Source of the DNA: Bacillota bacterium
GTDB taxonomy: Bacteria > Bacillota > Dehalobacteriia > UBA4068
Reading direction: 5' to 3'
Length of the DNA stretch: 43,760 bases
Assembly: GCA_017440145.1 (NCBI GenBank)
Contig: JAFSHU010000110.1
Coordinates: forward strand, 1 to 43,760
The position numbers and the translations under genes were made by a program. This document shows, one piece after another, positions 37,002-43,760 of the stretch (the first letter of the stretch is position 1; every line of letters starts with the position of its first letter). The notes beneath the pieces were generated by a model. That model worked only from the letters and a program-made list of their open reading frames with translations. It was not told the origin of the DNA and searched no databases.

Positions 37002-37841
37002 TTATTTCATATGGATCTCGCCGCTGAAAGGCGTTTCCAATAATTTGGGGTCACGCAGATATTTCTGCAGGGAGCGGAAAGCAAAAGAGAAATAGTGACC
37101 GGAGCAGATGCGTTCATCCATGACCACACCAACCGGCATGCAGCGCGTCAGCTTCACCTGGCCATCTTTGCCGGCGCTGGGAATTTCACGAAGATTCCCA
37201 AGGGCGCAAAGCACGCTGGTGGTACCAAAATTATAAATGTGATGATAAATATGGTTCGTGCGGATGCTGGCCAGATTTGTAATCGTCATGCTGGAATGGA
37301 AGGGACTCAGATCAATGATGCTTTTGGGTAGAAGACCATGCTTATCCATCCACATGAGCACAGGAACGCCAAAACGGAGCAGGCCGGGGATTTTTGTCAT
37401 GAAGTTCATGAATTTATCCAGAGAATTGGTAATATCTTCTGCTGCGGTGTTGATTTCAATAAATTTATCTACCTTTTTGCAAACGGAGAAAATATCCTCG
37501 CCCGGGGTGAAATAAAGTTTTCCCATCGTGGAATTATCTGCCCCCGGTTTTAAGGTCACCATGGCAATCGCCAGCTCGTTGCGGTCATAAATGGTTCTGT
37601 TTACAACAAAACGATTCAAGAGAGGGAATTCTGCAATGACCTGCACATAAGCTGCCAGGAACAGGCTCAAATGGGAAACATGAAAATTCTCTTTGCGTTT
37701 CTCATTGATATATTTTTGCATTGGCTCCACGGGAATATCCAATGTAATCATGTTCATGGCGTCATTGCGTTCTTTCATGATGTGAGGTACAAAAAGATAC
37801 ATAAGCTCTGCGTTTTTTACTTTCGTACCATCTTTTCGCAT
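37002..37841 (-). CDS. Stand-alone 2-oxoacid dehydrogenase E2/CAT-fold acyltransferase-like protein
   Basis: FPLLNRFV, TITNLAS, DERICSG in place of DHRxxDG; no lipoyl domain; AGGAGG RBS. Confidence 0.7.
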   Translation of the reverse strand: MRKDGTKVKNAELMYLFVPHIMKERNDAMNMITLDIPVEPMQKYINEKRKENFHVSHLSLFLAAYVQVIAEFPLLNRFVVNRTIYDRNELAIAMVTLKPGADNSTMGKLYFTPGEDIFSVCKKVDKFIEINTAAEDITNSLDKFMNFMTKIPGLLRFGVPVLMWMDKHGLLPKSIIDLSPFHSSMTITNLASIRTNHIYHHIYNFGTTSVLCALGNLREIPSAGKDGQVKLTRCMPVGVVMDERICSGHYFSFAFRSLQKYLRDPKLLETPFSGEIHMK

Positions 37842-37921
37842 AATCTACCTCCTATAAAATATACCATAAAAAATATTTCGAGCTTTATCTCAAAAATCCT
37901 ACAGAAGAGTCCAGGTTTTTA

Positions 37922-37976
37922 GTTCATATTTGATTCATATATCGTTCATAAATAGTTAAAGTATCTCACCTATACT
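37922..37976 (+). promoter_or_regulatory. Triple direct repeat (HssR-box-like) with downstream -10; probable activator-dependent promoter of the sulfotransferase operon
   Basis: GTTCATATT-TG-ATTCATATA-TC-GTTCATAAA (11-bp period); TATACT at 37971-37976 with no consensus -35. Confidence 0.7.
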
Positions 37977-38041
37977 AATTAAGATTGTGAAGATTTTTCA
38001 GTAATTATTTTTTGAATATTAACACATTAGGAAGATGTTTT

Positions 38042-39169
38042 ATGGCTAAAAAAACTGTTATTCCTCTGCTGAATTTCAGCCACATAATGCTGGGCTGCCG
38101 CTTTGATATTTGGCTTCATTTATTGATAAAAAATCGTTTCCGGGTTTCTTTGCGAAATATCCCGCAGGCTGTTTTGATTACGCTCGTTACTTTGCTGCTG
38201 TTTCCTTTTGCGATTTTGGAGCGCTTGCTTTTGGCAGCGGCCCTGAAACGGCAAAAGGTGAAGTCCCCATTGTTTATTCTGGGTCACTGGCGCAGCGGCA
38301 CCACATATTTGCAGAACATGCTGAGCAAAGATACGCAGTTCGGGTATTTTGACCCGGTCAGCACGGTGACCTGCCACAATTCCTGGCTGCTTCGCCCTCT
38401 TTTGGCTCTTCTGGAAAAGGGCGCGATTTCAGATGCACGGCCTATGGATAATATGGAATACAGCATGGATCTGCCAATGGAAGAGATGCTGGCTGTAAAT
38501 GCATCCACCCAGGTTTCCATTGCCCATATGCTTTGTTTTGCTGAGGATTACCCCCATTATATCAATCAGGCCTTCGTGGACGAGCTGCCTGAGAAAAGCC
38601 GGGAGAACTGGGATCAGGTTTATCGCTATTTGTTAAAAAAGCAAACTTTTCTCTGCAAAGGGAAATCCCTGCTTTTGAAGTCTCCGGATTCCACCTGCCA
38701 CGCAGCGGAGCTTTACCGGCTTTTTCCGGATGCAAAATTTATCAACATCTACCGCAACCCTTATAAAGTCATCCCTTCCACCATCAATATGTTTAACAAG
38801 CTGTTTGCTTTTCAATCTCTGCAAAATCCTCCGGATCCACAGGTTGTGGAGGATACTGTCCTGCGTCTCTTTAAACGGGCTTATGAAAAGCTATTCGCAG
38901 ATATGAAAATGATTCCTTCCGGGCAGCTGGTGGAAATTCAGTACGAAGAATTTGTGAAGCAGCCCATTGCTTATGCGGAACGAATTTATCAATCTTTGGG
39001 CATTCCCGGCTTTGAAAAAGCCAAACAGAATTTTCAGGCTTATGTAGATTCGCAGATTGGGTATCAGAAAAATAAATTCAATGTGCGGCCCGAACTGGTG
39101 GCACGGATCAATAAAGAGTTAAAATTTTATTTCGAGCATTATGGCTACGAAATGATGCAGGAGGCTTAA
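38042..39169 (+). CDS. PAPS-dependent sulfotransferase (Sulfotransfer_3; Stf3/Bacteroides SULT-like), membrane-anchored
   Basis: 5'-PSB loop ILGHWRSGTT, RPMDNM, LKSP, 3'-PB FINIYRNPYKVIPS, YEEF; N-terminal hydrophobic helix. Confidence 0.9.
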   Translation: MAKKTVIPLLNFSHIMLGCRFDIWLHLLIKNRFRVSLRNIPQAVLITLVTLLLFPFAILERLLLAAALKRQKVKSPLFILGHWRSGTTYLQNMLSKDTQFGYFDPVSTVTCHNSWLLRPLLALLEKGAISDARPMDNMEYSMDLPMEEMLAVNASTQVSIAHMLCFAEDYPHYINQAFVDELPEKSRENWDQVYRYLLKKQTFLCKGKSLLLKSPDSTCHAAELYRLFPDAKFINIYRNPYKVIPSTINMFNKLFAFQSLQNPPDPQVVEDTVLRLFKRAYEKLFADMKMIPSGQLVEIQYEEFVKQPIAYAERIYQSLGIPGFEKAKQNFQAYVDSQIGYQKNKFNVRPELVARINKELKFYFEHYGYEMMQEA

Positions 39170-40051
39170 ATGGATCATTTGGCGAAACTGGAAAGTAAAA
39201 GCATCTATATTTTGCGGGAAGCTTATGCTGCTTTCAATAATTTGTGCATGCTGTGGTCGATCGGAAAGGACAGTACAGTGCTTCTTTGGCTGGCACGCAA
39301 AGCCTTTTTGGGGCATGTACCGTTCCCTTTGGTGCATATTGACACGCATTATAAAATTCCGGAAATGATTGCTTATCGTGATCAGCTGGCAAAGGATTAT
39401 CATCTCTATATGGTATACGGCGAAAACAGGGAGGCTCTGGAAAGCAAGCAAACCTATCCGGATGGGAATACGACCCGTGTGGAATGCTGCCGTTTGCTGA
39501 AGACAGAGGCTCTCACCAATACATTGAACGGCAGCTGGCCGCGTTATCGTCTGAATCTGGAAACCGGCCTTTACGAGCTGGACAGCAACAAAGAGGCTTA
39601 TACCGGTGTTATCGTAGGAGCGCGTTCCGATGAAGAAGGCTCCCGCTCCAAGGAGCGTTATTTTTCTCCCCGGGATTCTCATAACGATTGGGATCTGGAT
39701 GACCAGCCTCCGGAATTCTGGAATCAATTTAAAACGGATTTCGCCCCCAATACTCATGTGCGGATCCATCCTTTGCTGGATTGGACTGAATTGAACATTT
39801 GGGAATATATCGAGCGGGAGAACATCCCCACGGTTTCTTTGTATTACGATCAGGGCGATGGCAAGCGCTATCGTTCTTTGGGCTGTGCGCCCTGCACAGG
39901 CCCCATTGAATCCACATCCAAATGCCCGGCAGATATTATCGAGGAGCTGCGTTCCGGCAAGCTGAGCAATATCGCGGAGCGGAGCGGCCGCGCGCAGGAT
40001 AAAGAGGATGGCGGCGGCTTGGAAACCTTGCGCCGCAACGGCTACATGTAA
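39170..40051 (+). CDS. cysD: Sulfate adenylyltransferase subunit 2
   Basis: [46 protein letters not shown]. Confidence 0.95.
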   Translation: MDHLAKLESKSIYILREAYAAFNNLCMLWSIGKDSTVLLWLARKAFLGHVPFPLVHIDTHYKIPEMIAYRDQLAKDYHLYMVYGENREALESKQTYPDGNTTRVECCRLLKTEALTNTLNGSWPRYRLNLETGLYELDSNKEAYTGVIVGARSDEEGSRSKERYFSPRDSHNDWDLDDQPPEFWNQFKTDFAPNTHVRIHPLLDWTELNIWEYIERENIPTVSLYYDQGDGKRYRSLGCAPCTGPIESTSKCPADIIEELRSGKLSNIAERSGRAQDKEDGGGLETLRRNGYM

Positions 40052-40090
40052 GAGATAATCCTTATTTCTCAGATAAAGGTGATAAAAAAC

Positions 40091-41971
40091 ATGACGAAGG
40101 ATTTACAAAAAAGCGCCTTACCCCAGGAAGAAATGATGAATGTGGTCATGGTTGGCCATGTGGATCACGGAAAAAGTACCGTAATTGGCCGTTTGCTGGC
40201 AGATACAGATAGCTTGCCGGAGGGTAAGCTGGATATGGTTCGGGAGAATTGCAAGCGCAATTCCAAGCCCTTCGAATATGCCTTCCTGCTGGATGCTTTG
40301 AAAAACGAACAGGCACAGGGTATCACCATTGATACAGCCCGCTGCTTTTTCAAGACGCAAAAGCGCCGCTACATTTTGATCGATGCTCCCGGTCACATTG
40401 AATTTCTGAAGAATATGGTGACCGGTGCCAGCCGTGCAGAGGCTGCCATGTTGGTCATCGATGCTGCCCGGGGGGTAGAGGAGAATACCCGGCGGCACGG
40501 TTATTTCCTCTCTATGCTGGGGATTCGCCAGGTCGTGGTTTTGGTAAACAAAATGGATCTGGTGGACTATAAAGAATCCGTATTTCAGGATATCAGCCAG
40601 CAGTATGCAGAGTTTTTACGGAAAATTGATATCCAGCCCCAGGCCTTCATCCCGGTCAGCGGCTACGAAGGGGATAATATTGCAAATCATTCAGATCGTA
40701 TGCCCTGGTTCAAGGGGAAAAATTTGCTGGAGCAGCTGGATGAGTTCCAAAACGCTGTTCCTGCGGATCTTCAGCCGCTTCGTCTGCCGGTGCAGGGTGT
40801 TTATAAATTCACGGAGAACAATGATAGCCGCCGTATCATCGCAGGTACGGTGGAAGCCGGCACCCTGCAGCAGGGGGATCAGATCGTCTTCTATCCTTCC
40901 GGGAAACGCACTGCGGTAAAGACCCTGGAACGCTTCAATGACAGCTGTGAACGTCCCTTTATTTCCCAGGAAGCAGCCGGCTTTACCATGACGGATCAGA
41001 TTTATGTGAAGCGGGGAGAAATTGCCTGCCGGGCAAATGAGCCTGCTCCGCATACGGGGGTACGCCTGCGGGTCAATCTTTTCTGGCTGGGAAAGGCCAG
41101 ATTGGAAAAAAACAAGAATTACCTCTTTAAATGCGGGACCGCCAAGGTTTCCATGCAGCTTGAGCAGGTAGAGCGCGTGGTAAATGCCTCTGACCTTTCC
41201 TGCGTGAACCGCCAATATATCGAAAAAAACGAAGTTGCAGAGTGTACCCTGACGCTGGATAGCCCTATCGCTTTTGATTTAGCCGGATCTTGCGAAGCCA
41301 GCAGCCGTTTTGTTATTGTGGACAGCTACGAAATCGCAGGTGGGGGCATTATTACCGAAGCGCTGGAATCGGAGCATTTTGATAAGCGGAATATTCGCTG
41401 GACAGCCGGCAGCGTTGGCATAAAGGAACGTTGTCAGCTCAATGGCCACAAAGGTTTGATCGTTTGGATGACGGGGCTTTCCGGCTCCGGGAAGAGTTCC
41501 ATTGCGGAGGATGTGGAGCGGCAGCTGGTTGCGGCCGGCATTCATACATATGTTTTGGACGGAGATAAGCTGCGGCATGGGCTGAACAGTGATTTGGGCT
41601 TCAGTCAGCAGGATCGGGAAGAAAATGTCCGCAGAACAGCCGAGCTGGCTGCCCTGCTGGAGGATGCAGGCCTGGTGACCATTGTAACCCTGATTTCTCC
41701 CTTTGCGGAGGGCCGGGCCTTTGCTCGCAGCCGCAGCCGGCAGGAGTTTGTCGAGGTTTACGTGAAGGCACGTTTGGAAACCTGCATCAAGCGTGATCCT
41801 AAGCAGCTTTATCGAAAGGCTCTGGAAGGGCAAATCTCCGATTTTACCGGGATCAGCTCCGCTTACGAAGCACCGACAGAGCCGGATTTGGTTCTGGATA
41901 CGGATATTTGGTCTGAAGAGGAGTGCGTGGAAGTGCTTTTCAATAACATTATGACCAGGGTAGCCGAATAA
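40091..41971 (+). CDS. cysNC: Bifunctional sulfate adenylyltransferase subunit 1 / APS kinase (CysNC, NodQ-like)
   Basis: [24 protein letters not shown] GTPase motifs; C-terminal [32 protein letters not shown]. Confidence 0.95.
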   Translation: MTKDLQKSALPQEEMMNVVMVGHVDHGKSTVIGRLLADTDSLPEGKLDMVRENCKRNSKPFEYAFLLDALKNEQAQGITIDTARCFFKTQKRRYILIDAPGHIEFLKNMVTGASRAEAAMLVIDAARGVEENTRRHGYFLSMLGIRQVVVLVNKMDLVDYKESVFQDISQQYAEFLRKIDIQPQAFIPVSGYEGDNIANHSDRMPWFKGKNLLEQLDEFQNAVPADLQPLRLPVQGVYKFTENNDSRRIIAGTVEAGTLQQGDQIVFYPSGKRTAVKTLERFNDSCERPFISQEAAGFTMTDQIYVKRGEIACRANEPAPHTGVRLRVNLFWLGKARLEKNKNYLFKCGTAKVSMQLEQVERVVNASDLSCVNRQYIEKNEVAECTLTLDSPIAFDLAGSCEASSRFVIVDSYEIAGGGIITEALESEHFDKRNIRWTAGSVGIKERCQLNGHKGLIVWMTGLSGSGKSSIAEDVERQLVAAGIHTYVLDGDKLRHGLNSDLGFSQQDREENVRRTAELAALLEDAGLVTIVTLISPFAEGRAFARSRSRQEFVEVYVKARLETCIKRDPKQLYRKALEGQISDFTGISSAYEAPTEPDLVLDTDIWSEEECVEVLFNNIMTRVAE

Positions 41972-42001
41972 AATAGGCCAAAGGCTTTTGGGAGGTGCCC
42001 T

Positions 42002-42733
42002 GTGTCGGAGTTTTTGCTCTATGTTCTGATCGGCTTTTTGGCTCAGTTGGTGGATGGTACGGCAGGGATGGCCTATGGCTTGAGCTGCCGCACCTTCCTG
42101 AAAGTATTCTTTGGGATGCCCGCGAGCATTATCAGTGCTGTGGTGCATTGGGCAGAAGCACCGGTCAGTCTGGTTTCCGGAATCTCCCATTTTTCTTTGG
42201 GCAATGTGGATCGGTCTTTGCTGCTTCGCTTGCTTTTGCCGGGCGTTCTTGGGGGATTGTGCGGCGTCTATCTGGTGGTCCAGATCGGCTCCCATTTTGA
42301 ACATTTGATTTCCGTTTACCTGCTCATCATGGGTCTTCTGATCCTCTGGCGGGCTTTGCGGCCGAGTCGTCCACGGCATACGGTGCCGAAGCGTTTTTTG
42401 ATCCCGCTGGCTCTGATTGGTGGCTTTTTGGACGCAAGCGGCGGTGGAGGATGGGGGCAAATCGTAGGAGGAACCCTGCTTGCCGGTGGAAATGATGCAA
42501 AGAAAACCATTGGCAGCGTGAATGTGGCAGAAGCCTTTGTTACATTGGTTGAGGCTGTGGCTTTCTTTGCTATGCTGGGAGAGATCAAAAGCTATCTTCC
42601 GATTATTGGCGGCCTGGTTACAGGGGGGATTTTATCCGCACCTCTGGCTGCCTGGTGCTGCATGAAGGTTCCCACGCGCCCGCTTCTGATTGCTGTCGGC
42701 GTTTTAATTATTTTGTGTAACCTCTCTTTTTGA
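42002..42733 (+). CDS. TauE/SafE (TSUP) family sulfur-anion transporter
   Basis: AQLVDG..GMAYG and FLDASGGGGWG motifs; multiple TM helices; GTG start with GGAGG RBS. Confidence 0.88.
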   Translation: MSEFLLYVLIGFLAQLVDGTAGMAYGLSCRTFLKVFFGMPASIISAVVHWAEAPVSLVSGISHFSLGNVDRSLLLRLLLPGVLGGLCGVYLVVQIGSHFEHLISVYLLIMGLLILWRALRPSRPRHTVPKRFLIPLALIGGFLDASGGGGWGQIVGGTLLAGGNDAKKTIGSVNVAEAFVTLVEAVAFFAMLGEIKSYLPIIGGLVTGGILSAPLAAWCCMKVPTRPLLIAVGVLIILCNLSF

Positions 42734-42768
42734 GGCAGAGCGGATTTTTATACCAAGGAGTGATTTTT

Positions 42769-43146
42769 ATGATCAAAGGAATCCACCATATTTCCCTGCG
42801 GGCAAATGGTCCTCTTGCTTTTGAGAAGGCGATTGCTTTTTATACAGAACTATTGGCTTGCCGTCCGCTCCGCAGATGGGGTGAGCAGCGCGGGATCATG
42901 CTGGATGCCGGAAACTGCCTTCTGGAGATCCTTTCCACCGGCCCGGAATCGGATCAGGATGGGCATTGGCAGCATCTGGCCTTTGCTGTGGAAGATGTGG
43001 AAGCCATGACAGAAAAAATTCGCCATTCCGGTTATGAGATTACGAAAGAAGTAAAGCGCCTGACTTTGGGGGAGGATTACCCGATCTGCATCTCGTTTTG
43101 CAGAGGGCCGCTGGGTGAAGAAATCGAGTTTTTCCAGGAACTGTAA
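42769..43146 (+). CDS. VOC / glyoxalase family protein
   Basis: IHHISL, FYTELL, LEI, HLAFAVEDV, GP.GEEIEF; AAGGAG RBS. Confidence 0.88.
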   Translation: MIKGIHHISLRANGPLAFEKAIAFYTELLACRPLRRWGEQRGIMLDAGNCLLEILSTGPESDQDGHWQHLAFAVEDVEAMTEKIRHSGYEITKEVKRLTLGEDYPICISFCRGPLGEEIEFFQEL

Positions 43147-43181
43147 GGCTTTTCTAAGCTACGTCGAATAGGGGAAAACAA

Positions 43182-43484
43182 ATGATCACCTGCACATTTT
43201 CTGCTCTGCCTCCTTTGGCATCTTTATCGCTGGTTTGGTTTTTGCTTTTTTCCGGCATCGCTTTGCTTCTGACCTGCTATGATAAGGCAGCTGCACAGAA
43301 AAAAGGTCAATTCCGCATACCGGAAAAGACTTTGCTCTGGGTTGCAGCTTTGGGCGGGGCTTTTGTTATGTATTTGACTATGCGTTTGATCCGTCATAAG
43401 ACTTTGCATAAAAAATTTATGATCGGCCTGCCTCTTTTGTTTGTTCTGCATCTGGGGCTGCTTTCTTTGAGACTCTTTTTCTAA
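43182..43484 (+). CDS. DUF1294 family small membrane protein
   Basis: YDK..A.....RIPEKTL....ALGG......M..IRHKT.H.KF. Confidence 0.88.
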   Translation: MITCTFSALPPLASLSLVWFLLFSGIALLLTCYDKAAAQKKGQFRIPEKTLLWVAALGGAFVMYLTMRLIRHKTLHKKFMIGLPLLFVLHLGLLSLRLFF

Positions 43485-43612
43485 GCTCCAGAGGCGAAAG
43501 AGATTGGGCAATTTTATTTTCATGAAGCCATAACAGATATATAAAATAAAAATCCGATCTTAATTCTGATAGTGTTCATAGGTACATTTTGTGACCTATC
43601 CATTATTAGAAG

Positions 43613-43651
43613 CAGAGGCGGGCGGCGGAAGCCGTCCGCCTCTGTGCTTTT
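43613..43651. terminator. Strong GC-rich terminator hairpin
   Basis: CAGAGGCGGGCGGC-GGAA-GCCGTCCGCCTCTG then TGCTTTT, between convergent genes. Confidence 0.8.
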
Positions 43652-43657
43652 GGGCCG

Positions 43658-43759
43658 TTAGGCCAACATTTTTACAACTTCATCGATGTTTTGAGAGAGA
43701 GTAGCCATATGTACGGGCTGCTCTCCTTTTTCCATGTCGCTGTCCACCATGCCGATGTC
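43658..43759 (-). CDS. C-terminal fragment of an unidentified protein (5' end outside window)
   Basis: Open frame DIGMVDSDMEKGEQPVHMATLSQNIDEVVKMLA-stop ending just before the hairpin. Confidence 0.6.
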   Translation of the reverse strand, partial: DIGMVDSDMEKGEQPVHMATLSQNIDEVVKMLA

Positions 43760-43760
43760 A

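Noticed and set aside
39170-41971. Assimilatory sulfate reduction / cysteine biosynthesis operon
   Set aside because: No APS/PAPS reductase, sulfite reductase or cysteine synthase in the window, and the operon is headed by a sulfotransferase.
460-42460. Long antisense ORFs (e.g. 460-1425, 10465-11412, 13127-14119, 15748-16764, 20742-22022, 25813-26712, 33740-34777, 41279-42460)
   Set aside because: They are shadows of well-supported genes on the opposite strand, with no recognisable motifs, and are expected from codon bias.
43563-43582. Second GTTCATA element near the window end
   Set aside because: Only one good half-site, with no convincing 11-bp-phased partner or downstream gene.
1-43760. 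CRISPR arrays, IS elements, toxin-antitoxin or defence systems
   Set aside because: No regularly spaced repeats, transposase, nuclease or reverse-transcriptase motifs were seen.

Overview
A ~44 kb chromosomal window from a Bacillota (probably Clostridia-class) anaerobe, with no phage, IS, integrase or CRISPR. Most of it is housekeeping: tRNA-Gly(CCC), an M23 peptidase, walJ/htrA-like genes, lysA, the tmk-holB-yaaT-yabA-methyltransferase-rsmI-metG-tatD block, cdd, a complete shikimate operon with an aroE-aroK fusion, tetR/degV, dapF, nadE, ispE and an LtaS-family enzyme. The standout is the right end (35.2-43.2 kb). A membrane-anchored PAPS-dependent sulfotransferase (Stf3/Bacteroides sterol-SULT-like) heads an operon with cysD, fused cysNC, a TauE/SafE transporter and a VOC protein, with no sulfate-reduction genes. 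Its promoter carries three 11-bp-phased GTTCATA repeats resembling the HssR box, and an HssRS-like two-component system and a divergent stand-alone acyltransferase lie alongside. This suggests a membrane-signal-inducible sulfoconjugation system (inference). A second highlight is a non-T-box attenuator with a Phe/Trp-rich mini-ORF ahead of the aro operon. All family calls come from motif recognition by eye, without database searches.
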